Source of the DNA: a bacterium
Lineage (GTDB): Bacteria > SAR324 > JACQKK01
Direction: 5' to 3'
NCBI GenBank assembly: GCA_965249525.1
Contig: OZ252237.1
Location: 836,443 to 900,442, forward strand
Length of the DNA stretch: 64,000 nt
The notes beneath the pieces were generated by a model. It was not told where the DNA came from, did no database searches, and saw only the letters and a list, made by a program, of their open reading frames with translations. Position numbers and translations under genes: made by a program. How positions within the stretch are numbered: the first letter of the stretch is position 1; every line of letters begins with the position of its first letter. Shown one piece after another: positions 27,901 through 37,789 of this stretch.

Positions 27901-29577
27901 CTAGGTCGGATCTTTTTGGAGTTTTTCTACAGCGAGTTGCTGCAGGATGGAGAGCAGATTGCTGATGAACCAATAGAGGACGAGTCCTGAGGGAAAACCA
28001 AACATGAAGAAGAGAAAGAAGGCAGGCATCCAAGTGAGAATTTTTTGTTGGAGAGGGTCTGCGGGGGCGGGCATGAGTCTTTGTTGGATGACCATGGAGC
28101 CTGACATGAGGAGTGGGAGGATATAGAGACCGTCTTTGTTGGAGAGGTCTTGTATCCAGAAAATAAAAGGCTGGTGTCTGAGCTCAATGGCACTAAGCAG
28201 AGCACTATAGAGTGCAAAGAAGATGGGTATTTGGGCTACGATGGGGAGACATCCTCCGAGGGGGTTAATTTTGTGTTTTCGATAAATCTGGATGGTTTCT
28301 TGATTGATTTTTTCTTTGTTGTTTTTAAATTTTTGTCTAATTGCTTGGATTTTAGGCTGAAGGATTCTCATACGTTTCATGGAACGGGATCCCATATAGG
28401 TGAGCGGGAAGAGTAGTACCCGAACACAGATGGTAAGCAGGATGATAGACACGCCATAGTTGCCGGTAAAGCCATGGAAGGCTCTAAGAGCCACCAGCAT
28501 AGGTTCTGCGATAATGGCGAGGGTGAGGTCTTTGGCGAGCTCAAATTTAGGATGGAGTTTGCGCATTTCCACCGGGTCCTTGGGTCCAACATAGACTTTT
28601 GCCTGATGTTCCAGGGATTGTCCTGGTGCCAGCAGGGTATTTGACAATTCAAAGCCGTAGAATGCCTGCCATGGTTCTTTTTCTGGGGGCTGCAAGCCTC
28701 CAAAGAAGAAGCGCTGGCTGCCGTTTTGAGGCAGGGCAGCATTAATGAAGTAAGAACTGGAAATACCGCCCCAATCTGCACTCGGAATGACAAGACCGTC
28801 ATCTAGGTCATCGGCATCCTCTGTTTCCAAATCGTCATCCAGCCACCAGAGGGGGCCGCTATGGTTGCCAATGCCTCTGATGGCTTCTTCACTGGGGGGG
28901 CCTGCACCCATCAAGCTAAAGGCTTGCAGCTGCTGTGGTTGTGAGGAAGCGTTGCGAATGTTGAGTTGGTAGTTGAGAATGTAGGAATGGGGGTCAAGGA
29001 TAAAAGTTTTAACGATTTCCATACCGTTGGCTGTGCGGGTACGCAGGTTGATGCTGCGGGGGGCATCACCGGGCTGGAGTTGTATGCTGCGTTGATTGGT
29101 TCGGTAGCGTAGTTCTTTCAAAGCAGTGTTATCAGAGTTGAGAAGCACTCCAAAGGCTGCTTGTGTGGGGTATCGGCTGTCTACCATGTCTACCAAGGAG
29201 ATTTCATCCACTTGTTTGGATGACAGCCAGTTGCGAAGCGGTGGCAGCAGGTCGTCCCAAGCGGTGCTGCGCTTGTCGATACGATAGTTTTTCAACACAA
29301 AGCTGTGCAGTGTGCCGCCTTGCAGGTTAAATTCAGCGCGGTAGCGGGGGGTTTCTGCCACCAGCAGCTGGCTGCGGGGGATGCCCTTTGGCGGCGGAGA
29401 TTCAGCTGGACGCAGCTTCAAAGGCAGTGAGGTATTGTCTGCAGCCACAGCAGGGGTTTCGGTGGGAGTTGGCGGTGTGGCTTCTGGTGGTGGGGTTCTA
29501 GAAGCCACAAAGGCGTAATAGCCCAACAGCACCATCAGGGAGAGAGCAATTGCCAGGAAGGTATTTTTTTGTTCCAT
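27901..29577 (-). CDS. yidC: membrane protein insertase YidC
   Basis: 558 aa with an N-terminal TM, a large periplasmic domain and a C-terminal conserved core (NYGVSIILLTICVRVLLFPL...GGCLPIVAQIPIFFALY). Sits in rpmH-rnpA-yidD-yidC synteny. Confidence 0.9.
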   Translation of the reverse strand: MEQKNTFLAIALSLMVLLGYYAFVASRTPPPEATPPTPTETPAVAADNTSLPLKLRPAESPPPKGIPRSQLLVAETPRYRAEFNLQGGTLHSFVLKNYRIDKRSTAWDDLLPPLRNWLSSKQVDEISLVDMVDSRYPTQAAFGVLLNSDNTALKELRYRTNQRSIQLQPGDAPRSINLRTRTANGMEIVKTFILDPHSYILNYQLNIRNASSQPQQLQAFSLMGAGPPSEEAIRGIGNHSGPLWWLDDDLETEDADDLDDGLVIPSADWGGISSSYFINAALPQNGSQRFFFGGLQPPEKEPWQAFYGFELSNTLLAPGQSLEHQAKVYVGPKDPVEMRKLHPKFELAKDLTLAIIAEPMLVALRAFHGFTGNYGVSIILLTICVRVLLFPLTYMGSRSMKRMRILQPKIQAIRQKFKNNKEKINQETIQIYRKHKINPLGGCLPIVAQIPIFFALYSALLSAIELRHQPFIFWIQDLSNKDGLYILPLLMSGSMVIQQRLMPAPADPLQQKILTWMPAFFLFFMFGFPSGLVLYWFISNLLSILQQLAVEKLQKDPT

Positions 29578-29592
29578 GCTGACCAGATATAA

Positions 29593-29871
29593 TTAAGAAG
29601 CAGTACCGTCTTGAATACTGTCTTGAATGCGTTTACAGGGGGAAGCTGCATTTTTTGCAGCAGGCAGGGGAGGATCCCAGCCGCCAGGATGAAACGGATG
29701 GCAGCGCAGCAATCGCCAGATGCTCATGCCTCCTCCACGCCACCAGCCATGTGTTCGCAGAACTTCCTCTGCATAGACCGAGCAACTAGGGTAAAATCGG
29801 CAGGCAGGTGGCAACAACGGTCCAACCAAAAACCGATACCCCCGCACCAACCAAAGCAACAACCATGTCAT
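29593..29871 (-). CDS. yidD: membrane protein insertion efficiency factor YidD
   Basis: YRFLVGPLLPPACRFYPSCSVYAEEVL..HG...RLLRCHPFHPGG, the YidD signature. Confidence 0.85.
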   Translation of the reverse strand: MTWLLLWLVRGYRFLVGPLLPPACRFYPSCSVYAEEVLRTHGWWRGGGMSIWRLLRCHPFHPGGWDPPLPAAKNAASPCKRIQDSIQDGTAS

Positions 29872-29922
29872 TCAACAAAGACTCCACTTACTTCATGCTT
29901 CTACCGCTTCATTTGGTCTGCG

Positions 29923-30324
29923 CTACCTTTGAACGATATGCTGGGACTGCTTTTTCTGCTGTTCGGTTAAATGCTGCATCAACACATCTACTTCCTGGCG
30001 CAGACCTTCATAACTCAACAAATCTGCTTGGGTTTTCCCACCAAAAAACAAAGAGACATCCCAGCCTCCACAACCCTCTGCCGCACCACGTGCCTCCACA
30101 TGGCAGCGCAGGGCTTCCCGCACCCAGCGCCGCACCCGATTGCGACATACTGCATTTCCTAAACGACGGGGAGTCACAATCATATACCGTCCACCGCCCC
30201 TGTCATGGCGCAGCACCCGTGCATACATCATCCCCAAACGATGGTATTCCCCTTTACGAAACACGGCTTTAATCTCCATCCTCTTGCATAGGCGCGTTTC
30301 TTGTCCATACTTCCATCGCTTCAT
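29923..30324 (-). CDS. rnpA: ribonuclease P protein component
   Basis: Small basic protein (...GNAVCRNRVRRWVREA...) lying immediately downstream of rpmH. Confidence 0.8.
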   Translation of the reverse strand: MKRWKYGQETRLCKRMEIKAVFRKGEYHRLGMMYARVLRHDRGGGRYMIVTPRRLGNAVCRNRVRRWVREALRCHVEARGAAEGCGGWDVSLFFGGKTQADLLSYEGLRQEVDVLMQHLTEQQKKQSQHIVQR

Positions 30325-30328
30325 CTTA

Positions 30329-30469
30329 TTACCCTGATACCGTCAAACGCAGACGACCCTTGGCACGACGACGACGCAGAATATTCCGTCCTCCCACAGT
30401 GCGCATGCGCACACGAAAGCCGTGCGTCTTTTTTCGCTTGGATACATTTGGCTGATAGGTGCGCTTCAT
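30329..30469 (-). CDS. rpmH: 50S ribosomal protein L34
   Basis: Below the ORF-track size cutoff. My minus-strand translation is [46 protein letters not shown] (46 aa), the canonical L34 sequence. Confidence 0.92.
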   Translation of the reverse strand: MKRTYQPNVSKRKKTHGFRVRMRTVGGRNILRRRRAKGRLRLTVSG

Positions 30470-30748
30470 CTCTCTTTATTGATCTCTCATCTTGCTTATC
30501 TCTTCCTATACACAAACCCCATCATATACGCACACAGATATACCATCTGTCAACCTATATCTCTTTTGTGCGTCTAGCTAAGAAGGACTTCCAGCATAGC
30601 TTTTTGTGCAGAGGGCAAAGATATCTTGTAAAAAATCACAAAAACAATGTATACATATATTTATGGGCAAGTGGGAATAATTTTTGTAGAAGATACCTAT
30701 ATGGTCAAGAAACAGTTATCTCAATCTGAGGGGACAAACAAGGAGAGT

Positions 30749-31501
30749 ATGTTACGAATACGGGGGGTGAAAACGGGTTATGGAAGTATCCAAATTTTGA
30801 ATGGAATAGACCTGGATGTTCCTAAGGGAAGCATTGTTGCTTTGTTGGGAGGTAATGGGACGGGCAAGTCCACCTTGTTGAAAGCTGTTTCTGGGTTATT
30901 GCGCACTTGGGAAGGAGAGATTATATTTGAGGGCCATCCCATCCATTCGTTAAGGCCTGACAAAATTGTACGATTGGGTTTGGCGCAAGTTACACAAAGC
31001 AAGGAGGTATTTCCTGCCATGACGGTAGAAGAGAATCTGCGTATGGGTGCCTACACAAACTATTCTCGGATTCTATTGAAGCGCAATTTGGCGCGGGTGT
31101 ATTCATATTTTCCTATTTTAGAAGAGAAGCGTCGTCAATTGTCGGCTACCCTTTCTGGAGGGCAGCTGCAAATGCTTTGTATAGGGCGAGGATTGATGAG
31201 CGAGCCCAAAATGTTGCTGCTGGATGAACCCTCAGCTGCTTTGGCACCCCAAGTGGTGTTGGAAATTTTTGCTATCATCAATCGCATTCGTAAGAATGGT
31301 ATGACTGTTCTGCTGGTAGAACAAAATGTGCGCATGGCATTGCTGCTGTCTGAGTATGGCTACATCATCAGGGATGGTGTTATCAATCTCAAGGGTGAAT
31401 CCAAGAAAATGATTAACGATGACGCAGTACGCTTGTCATATTTGGGAGGTACTGTAACTGATACCAGCAAAGATATTGAACACGCTGTTATGAGTCGCTA
31501 G
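30749..31501 (+). CDS. livF: branched-chain amino acid ABC transporter ATP-binding protein (LivF type)
   Basis: LLGGNGTGKSTLLK, LSGGQLQML, LLLDEPS and a C-terminal ...VRLSYLGG. Start taken at ATG 30749, with AAGGAG just upstream. Confidence 0.85.
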   Translation: MLRIRGVKTGYGSIQILNGIDLDVPKGSIVALLGGNGTGKSTLLKAVSGLLRTWEGEIIFEGHPIHSLRPDKIVRLGLAQVTQSKEVFPAMTVEENLRMGAYTNYSRILLKRNLARVYSYFPILEEKRRQLSATLSGGQLQMLCIGRGLMSEPKMLLLDEPSAALAPQVVLEIFAIINRIRKNGMTVLLVEQNVRMALLLSEYGYIIRDGVINLKGESKKMINDDAVRLSYLGGTVTDTSKDIEHAVMSR

Positions 31502-31555
31502 ATACAACCCAACTTTTCCGATTCACAAAGCAGCATCACAAGAGCGAAAAACAAC

Positions 31556-32449
31556 ATGGACTTCTTTTTAAATTTGCTACTCATAGGTTTTTCCATTGGC
31601 ATGGTCTATGGATTGGTTGCCTTGGGTATTTCCTTGATATACTCAGGCTTGGATATTGTCCATTTTGCTCACGGTGAACTCTATATGCTGGGGGCATTCT
31701 TCGGTCTTATCTTATATGGGGATATTGCTCTTTGGGTGTATCCTTTTGCTTTGGTGGGATCCATGATTATCGTGGCCTTGATTGGCATGTTGGTAGAAAG
31801 ATTCTTCTATCGTCGTCTTACCAGCAAAGGTGGTGGATATACTGTGGCTGGCATGGGCATTATCATCTGCGGCTTTGGTATGTCTATCGTGCTGCAAAAC
31901 ATCGCCTACCTCATCTGGAATCCCAACCCACGACCTTTTCATGTGGATTTTGGCGATCCCTTAGAAGTCGGTGAACTTGTCTTCCCGCTTAGCTATATTT
32001 GGATTGTTAGCATTGGCGTGTTCATCATGCTTGGGCTTCACCTGTTCCTCAAATATACCCGCCTCGGCCTTGCCGTGCGCGCCGTTGCTCATAGCAAAGA
32101 CATTTCCTTCCTCATGGGCATCAATGTGCCCCTGGCTATCTCGCTGATTTTTGGCGTATCTGCAGCCCTCGCTGGTGCTGCAGGCACTCTGGTAGGACCC
32201 ATCAACTCTGTACAAGTACAAATGGGCTACCTCATCCTCATTAAGTCTTTTGCTGCTGCTGTCGTTGGCGGTTTCGGATCGCTCCCTGGTGCACTGCTTG
32301 GTGGCATTCTTGTGGGTGTTGGAGAAAGCCTGGGCGCAGGCTACATTTCTGCACACCACAAAGATATCTATGCTTTCCTCTTGCTCATCATGGTACTGGT
32401 CTTCAGACCGCAGGGCTTCTTGGGTATTATCGCCAAGGTCAAAGCTTAG
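31556..32449 (+). CDS. livH: branched-chain amino acid ABC transporter permease (LivH type)
   Basis: GFSIGMVYGLVALGISLIYSGLDIVHFAHGELYMLGAF..., the LivH pattern. 297 aa. Confidence 0.85.
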   Translation: MDFFLNLLLIGFSIGMVYGLVALGISLIYSGLDIVHFAHGELYMLGAFFGLILYGDIALWVYPFALVGSMIIVALIGMLVERFFYRRLTSKGGGYTVAGMGIIICGFGMSIVLQNIAYLIWNPNPRPFHVDFGDPLEVGELVFPLSYIWIVSIGVFIMLGLHLFLKYTRLGLAVRAVAHSKDISFLMGINVPLAISLIFGVSAALAGAAGTLVGPINSVQVQMGYLILIKSFAAAVVGGFGSLPGALLGGILVGVGESLGAGYISAHHKDIYAFLLLIMVLVFRPQGFLGIIAKVKA

Positions 32450-33974
32450 TTTTTCCACTTAGGGAACGGGCATCCTCTTCTAGTTTGAGGAGGTGTTGCT
32501 GCTGGGTTTGCAGCAGTTGGAACTGCTGTTGATTTTGCTGTGTCAGGGATTGGATATGATTTTTGACCTGTGTTGGTGCAGGCGAACCGCTGTGATTGCG
32601 CTGATGGAGCAGTTTTAAGGGTTGATGGAGATGAGCGAGTAACTGCTGTGTCAATTCTGGTTGGAGATTGGCTTGCTGTAAGGCTTTTTCTGCAGCTTGT
32701 GGTTGGATGGTTTGCGCTGGCTGGGAGAGTGCCACGGCTTGTGCTGTGATGTGGTATGCGCTGCGGAAGGGTATCTTGCTGAGTTGTGAGAGTTGGTTGG
32801 CGAAGTCAACAGCAGTAAGAAAACCTTTTTGGGAGGCATTCAACATGACATCGGCATTGGGGGAGGTCTTTTTGAGTGCCTGTTTGAGGATGAGAGGTGT
32901 GGGTTGACACTCTCGGACCAGGTCCATGGCGATATATTTGCTCCACTGTGAGTCACGGTGATAGCCACTCATGTTATTGCAAGAGATATTCATTAAAGTG
33001 GCGATTTGTGAGGCTGTCCAGGCAGCTTTGGCTTTACAAACTTCGGCGAAATCGGGGTTGCGTTTTTGCGGCATGATAGAAGAACCGGTTACCCAAGCAT
33101 CTGATAACTTCAACATGTTCCAATAGGGATGTGACAGCAGCAGCAAATCTTGGCTGAGTACAGCCAGATGCCGCATGGCTTGCGCATAAACGACAGCGGT
33201 TTGGGTTTCTGCTTCTCCACGAGATGAGATGGCGTCTAGGCTGTTGACTTCTACTGCTGAGAAACCCAACAATTGGCTGGTGTATTCCCTATTGAGGGGC
33301 CAGGTGCTGCCAAAACCCGCTCCTGCCCCCAGGGGATTGCGGTTTATCAGGTTTATAGTGAGTAACAGGCGTTCCAAGTCTCTCTGCAATGCCTGCGCAT
33401 GGGCACACAGCCAATGTCCCCAAGTGGTCAGCATGGCAGGCTGATGATGCGTAAAGCCTGGCATCACTGTCTCTGTGTGTTGGGAGGCTTGTTCTATCAG
33501 CAGTTCTGCTAAGCCAGACAGCTGTTGACCAAATTCTAGCAGATGGTGACGCAGGTACATCCTCATGCCGCAGGCAGCTTGGTCATTGCGGCTACGCGCT
33601 GTATGCAGCCATCCTCCAGCAGCTTCTCCTGCTTTTTGGTTTACCCAATGCTCCACATTTACATGAACGTCTTCCAGTGCTGCATCCAACCGATACTTCC
33701 CCTGCAAAAAAGCCTCTTCCAATTCCAACAATGCAGCCAATATCGGCTGCAAATGCTCTTGCGGTAAGGCCCCTATCTTCCTCAAGCCGGCCGCATGCAC
33801 CCGATTCAGCCACAAATCAAACCGCAGCAAGCCTTCATCTGCCATGCCTATTGCTGATACATCTCGGCCAGCACAAAATTGCACCATCAGATTGTCTGAT
33901 TCCTCAGATAAATGCCCCCCCCACACTGTGCGACGTTTCACCATCTCAAATGCTGCATAAGGCTCCGTTTGCAT
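32439..33974 (-). CDS. argH: argininosuccinate lyase with a Gln-rich C-terminal extension
   Basis: TARSRNDQ and GSSIMPQKRNPD (fumarate-lyase signature). Start taken at ATG 33974, with GGAGG 7 nt upstream. The last ~60 aa (…LTQQNQQQFQLLQTQQQHLLKLEE…) are extra. Confidence 0.85.
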   Translation of the reverse strand: MQTEPYAAFEMVKRRTVWGGHLSEESDNLMVQFCAGRDVSAIGMADEGLLRFDLWLNRVHAAGLRKIGALPQEHLQPILAALLELEEAFLQGKYRLDAALEDVHVNVEHWVNQKAGEAAGGWLHTARSRNDQAACGMRMYLRHHLLEFGQQLSGLAELLIEQASQHTETVMPGFTHHQPAMLTTWGHWLCAHAQALQRDLERLLLTINLINRNPLGAGAGFGSTWPLNREYTSQLLGFSAVEVNSLDAISSRGEAETQTAVVYAQAMRHLAVLSQDLLLLSHPYWNMLKLSDAWVTGSSIMPQKRNPDFAEVCKAKAAWTASQIATLMNISCNNMSGYHRDSQWSKYIAMDLVRECQPTPLILKQALKKTSPNADVMLNASQKGFLTAVDFANQLSQLSKIPFRSAYHITAQAVALSQPAQTIQPQAAEKALQQANLQPELTQQLLAHLHQPLKLLHQRNHSGSPAPTQVKNHIQSLTQQNQQQFQLLQTQQQHLLKLEEDARSLSGKTKL

Positions 33975-34158
33975 CTTCCTTCCTCCCATTGCAGTGCAAA
34001 AATCATCCCATCAGCCTTTTGCTCAACAAAAGCATTAAGGAAGGCAAAAGCTTGCCCAGCATTGAAAGCAGCAAGAAGAAAGCAAACTTGAAAGCAGCAA
34101 CGCAGCATGATGTATCACCATGCGTCTTTCATGCAAACAGAATTTTTTAAGGAAGTTT

Positions 34159-34197
34159 GTAAAACAACAGGGAGGCAAAAAGCCCCCCTGTGTTGTT
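34159..34197 (-). terminator. putative intrinsic terminator downstream of the 34237-35271 gene
   Basis: The minus strand reads AACAACACAGGGGGG-CTTTTTG-CCTCCCTGTTGTTTTAC: an imperfect GC-rich hairpin running into a T-rich tail, about 40 nt after the stop. Confidence 0.45.
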
Positions 34198-34236
34198 GCG
34201 AGAGAGGATACTCTCTAAGGGCAAGAAACTATCGGG

Positions 34237-35271
34237 TTACATCGGCCAGTGAAATTGAATAGCGAGATTTTGCTCTTTTTGGATAGAGAAGCTAAAATCT
34301 TGTTTCATCGCATCCAAATCTTGTTTGATAGTCAACAAGCCGGCACCGATTCCGCAATTGCGAAAGATATCATCTTTCCAAGCGAACTGTGTCTGCAGAA
34401 ATAATTTCAGCAGTTGTTCATGAGATGTTTTTTCATGAATCTCTATACCGTTCTTGGCTACACATTCATGCAAGACCTCAGAAGAAAAACCTTGCAGCGG
34501 ACCGTGCATTTTAACGGTAATCCCTTGGTTTTCTGGTTCTAGTTGCAAACACATTGGCAGACCAAAAGCAGGATTTTTACTAAAATAGCTAAGTTTGGTT
34601 ACGGCAAAAGTGTTGAGCAAGTAAATCAGGTGGATAGCCAAGGGCGCAAATTTTTTGATTTCCAGTTCCGTCTCTGGAGAATCCAGGTTCAAATCAACTT
34701 TACCTTTGCTTTCTTTGTTGATGCGCATGCAGACTTTACGATGGGGCTGCATCAACGAGTCCAGCGGGGCATGCATATCAGAGAAGGTGCTATTCATATC
34801 GTCAGGATCAGGTACATTCAGTGCCATTATTTCCTGCTGTACTTTTCGCACCAGCTTCAACAGTTCTTTGTTGCATTTGAAATTGGCATTGTTGCATTTT
34901 TTCTCTTGAATCCAGAACAAGGCTAGGAGGTTGTTCAAATTGCGTGCAGATTCTGCCACGGCATGGTGACCAGTTACCACAGCTAATTTCCTCAGCGATT
35001 TTATCGCATGCTTCCAGCGGAAAATCTGCTTGCCAGATATATTGTTGCTGCGCAAGTTTTGGCGCATGATGTTCAGTACACCGTAAATATGCACCAAAAT
35101 ACCTACCACCCCTATAGACAGACTCCCCGCTACGGTGGGGTCGCCTATCTTGCTGACCGATCCAGCAAGAGGTTGTGGAAAAGACATGGCATTTTCCATT
35201 TCGTTTAAATGATTCATAGCGTGTTTTATTCCTTTCAAGTTATTTACAAAAGTTACAAATAAGCGACGCAT
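34237..35271 (-). CDS. hypothetical membrane-anchored protein, possibly a degenerate histidine-kinase/GHKL-like protein
   Basis: One TM-like helix (VAGSLSIGVVGILVHIYGVLNIM), a helical region containing HHAVAESARNLNNLL, and a C-terminus with N-box-like (IHLIYLLNTFAVTK) and G-box-like (CGIGAGLLTIKQ) strings. There is no clear DxGxG. G+C is lower than in the neighbouring genes. Confidence 0.4.
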   Translation of the reverse strand: MRRLFVTFVNNLKGIKHAMNHLNEMENAMSFPQPLAGSVSKIGDPTVAGSLSIGVVGILVHIYGVLNIMRQNLRSNNISGKQIFRWKHAIKSLRKLAVVTGHHAVAESARNLNNLLALFWIQEKKCNNANFKCNKELLKLVRKVQQEIMALNVPDPDDMNSTFSDMHAPLDSLMQPHRKVCMRINKESKGKVDLNLDSPETELEIKKFAPLAIHLIYLLNTFAVTKLSYFSKNPAFGLPMCLQLEPENQGITVKMHGPLQGFSSEVLHECVAKNGIEIHEKTSHEQLLKLFLQTQFAWKDDIFRNCGIGAGLLTIKQDLDAMKQDFSFSIQKEQNLAIQFHWPM

Positions 35272-35426
35272 AACTATCGCTCTTGTTTATTCTCACCTTT
35301 TGGAGCTACGAACTTGTCAACACCGTGTGGAGCGTTTGTGAGATTTTTGTGTGTGTCTCTTGGGCTTTACGGTGTCTAGTGGCTTTGTGTACGCACCATA
35401 AAGAACCCGCAATATGCTAGGCTTTT

Positions 35427-35459
35427 GGTATGAAGAAAAGCGGTATGAAGAAAAGCGGT
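35427..35459 (+). repeat. 15-nt tandem duplication (ggtatgaagaaaagc x2) that includes the thiL start codon
   Basis: 35427-35441 and 35442-35456 are identical. This gives two in-frame ATGs (35430 and 35445) and the N-terminus MKKSGMKKSG. Confidence 0.9.
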
Positions 35460-36422
35460 CTGGAATTTGATTGGATAACACGCTTGCTAACAAGCGCAGA
35501 AAAATTCAAAGGTGCAGCCGACAACCTGCCTAACGGTGCCGTTGGACCTGGGGATGATTGTGCCCTCTGGCCAATCGGCGACAAAAACCTGCTGCTCACT
35601 TGCGATATTGCTGTTGCAGGACGCCACTTTCAGCCAGGCATATCCCCATGGGATGCTGTTGGCTGGCGACTGGCTTGTGCCAATATCAGCGATGTAATCG
35701 CCTGCGGAGGCACTCCTCTGGCAGCACTTATCTCCACAAGCTCGCCTGCCACCATCAACAATCAACCTGCAAACCGAGTCCTAGCAGCTGTTCATGATGG
35801 TCTCTATCAAGCTGCCAACCACTACCGCTTTCACATAATAGGCGGCAACCTTAGCCAAGCAGACACCCTCGCCTTTGACCTCTTCATGCTCGGTGAAAGC
35901 AAACGCTTTATTCCACGCTCAGGCGTCCGCCCAGGTGATTGGCTCGCCCTCAGCGGCACACTCGGAGAAGCCGAAGCTGGTCGCATGGCACTGCAAGAAA
36001 CGCAACAGCGCCAACCTTCTCCAGATGAACATACCCTCATCCAATACTGGCTAAAACCAACCATCCCTGTGCAATTGGCACCATGGCTGCAACAACACGC
36101 CCACGCTGCTATTGATATCAGTGACGGTCTCTCCAGCGAACTCCATCACCTCGCCAATGCCAGCAAAGTCCAACTCCATATCCAAAGCCATTCCCTCCCC
36201 AGCACATCTCTGTTATCACGCTGGTTAAAAGCGCATCAACAAAACCCCACCGAATGGATTCTCAATTCGGGTGAATGTTGGCAGCTGCTCATCACAGGCC
36301 CACCCAAGTTCCAACAACAAGCAGAACAACAAGGTCTTACCATCATCGGACACGCCCAAGCAGGTAGGGGTGTCTTTCTCAATCAACAACCCCTGTATCC
36401 CCGGGGCTTTACCCACTTCTAA
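35430..36422 (+). CDS. thiL: thiamine-monophosphate kinase
   Basis: EFDWITRL...GPGDDCALW...LLTCDIAVAGRHF...ANISDVIACGG, the ThiL (AIR synthase-like) pattern. Confidence 0.85.
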   Translation: MKKSGMKKSGLEFDWITRLLTSAEKFKGAADNLPNGAVGPGDDCALWPIGDKNLLLTCDIAVAGRHFQPGISPWDAVGWRLACANISDVIACGGTPLAALISTSSPATINNQPANRVLAAVHDGLYQAANHYRFHIIGGNLSQADTLAFDLFMLGESKRFIPRSGVRPGDWLALSGTLGEAEAGRMALQETQQRQPSPDEHTLIQYWLKPTIPVQLAPWLQQHAHAAIDISDGLSSELHHLANASKVQLHIQSHSLPSTSLLSRWLKAHQQNPTEWILNSGECWQLLITGPPKFQQQAEQQGLTIIGHAQAGRGVFLNQQPLYPRGFTHF

Positions 36423-36451
36423 AAAACTTCACAACCCCCCATTTTTGTCAA

Positions 36452-37561
36452 TCAGAACAACTGCGATTGCGGCGGCATGATTCCGATGTGTTCAAAGGCT
36501 TTGGGGGTGGCGATACGTCCTCGGGAAGTTTTTTGAATGAAACCTTGCTGAATGAGGAAGGGTTCGTAGATTTCTTGTATGGCGTCTGGAGTTTCCGAGA
36601 GAGCTGCGGAGATGGTGCTAAGACCGACTGGTTTGCCCTGGAATTGTTTGGTGAGAAGGGCTAGAAATTGCTGGTCAAAAAGATCTAGTCCTAGGTGATC
36701 TATGCCCATTTTTTTAAGGGTGTTTTTGACATTAGCGGTGCTGATAGAGGATGTTTTTTGTTGTTGTGTAAAGTCTTGCAGCCTTTTGAGCAGGCGATTA
36801 ACAACCCGCGGGGTGCCTCTGGAACGTTGGGCAAGGGTGAGGGCAGCGTTTTTTTGCAGGGAGATTTGAAGCAATTTGGCGGAACGCAGGGCGAGGGTGC
36901 TGAGTTCTTGGGTTGAGTAGTAAGAGAGGCGCAGGGGAATGCCGAAGCGGTCTCTGAGAGGAGCGCTGAGCAGTCCTGCGCGTGTGGTTGCACCAATGAG
37001 GGTGAAGTTGGGCAGCGTAATGGCCACAATGCGTGCCATGGGTCCTTGCCCGATGATGATATCCAGTTTAAAATCTTCCATGGCGCCGTAGAGGAGTTCT
37101 TCTACGTTGGGTCTCATGCGATGAATTTCGTCAACAAAGAGGACACCATTTTTGGGAATGTTGGTGAGAATGGCAGCGAGGTCTCCTGGTTTTTCTAGTA
37201 AGGGACCGGAGATAGAGCGCAAGGGTGCTCGCATTTCATGTGCGAGTACATGAGCGAGGGTGGTTTTGCCCAGTCCTGGTGCTCCGCTAAGCAAAACGTG
37301 GTCTAGCGGCAAGCCGCGGTTTTGGGCAGCTTTGAGATAGACTTGCAGATTATCGCAAATGCCTTTTTGCCCAATGAAATCTTTCAAGTGGAGGGGGCGC
37401 AGCTGCGAGAAGCTGGATTCGGCAGGAGAGCTGCCATGGTTAGCAGCGCCTCCATTGGTATTGTCGGCAGAGGCTATGGTAGCCGGGGCATCCGCACTTG
37501 AAACGGGAACGGTATCACCTGCAGATGCTTGGTGAGGAGAACGCGGGGGGTTGGCATCCAT
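36452..37561 (-). CDS. ruvB: Holliday junction branch migration helicase RuvB
   Basis: LRPLHLKDFIGQ...LLSGAPGLGKTTLA...LFVDEIHR...IGATTRAGLLSAPLRDRFG. Confidence 0.95.
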   Translation of the reverse strand: MDANPPRSPHQASAGDTVPVSSADAPATIASADNTNGGAANHGSSPAESSFSQLRPLHLKDFIGQKGICDNLQVYLKAAQNRGLPLDHVLLSGAPGLGKTTLAHVLAHEMRAPLRSISGPLLEKPGDLAAILTNIPKNGVLFVDEIHRMRPNVEELLYGAMEDFKLDIIIGQGPMARIVAITLPNFTLIGATTRAGLLSAPLRDRFGIPLRLSYYSTQELSTLALRSAKLLQISLQKNAALTLAQRSRGTPRVVNRLLKRLQDFTQQQKTSSISTANVKNTLKKMGIDHLGLDLFDQQFLALLTKQFQGKPVGLSTISAALSETPDAIQEIYEPFLIQQGFIQKTSRGRIATPKAFEHIGIMPPQSQLF

Positions 37562-37789
37562 GCCAGGGTTCCTGCTGAAAGAAAAAGGATGATTGCTTGT
37601 TTCAGTATGGGCTAGTTGTTTTCGGTTTACCTATAAAAGAATGGTCACGAGTCTAGTACAAATGCAAGGAAAATTCGGGCTTTACAAGTAGACAAGTGCA
37701 GGGGATAATCATAAATATTAGCCAGTGCGGCTTGGCAGATATCATTAAGGAATGATGCTTGATCGTACTACTCTCTTGGGCAGTCACGG

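Noticed and set aside
30470-30748. Replication origin next to rpmH
   Set aside because: rpmH-rnpA-yidC often neighbours dnaA/oriC, but here the divergent gene is livF. I found no convincing TTATCCACA-type boxes in the AT-rich spacer.
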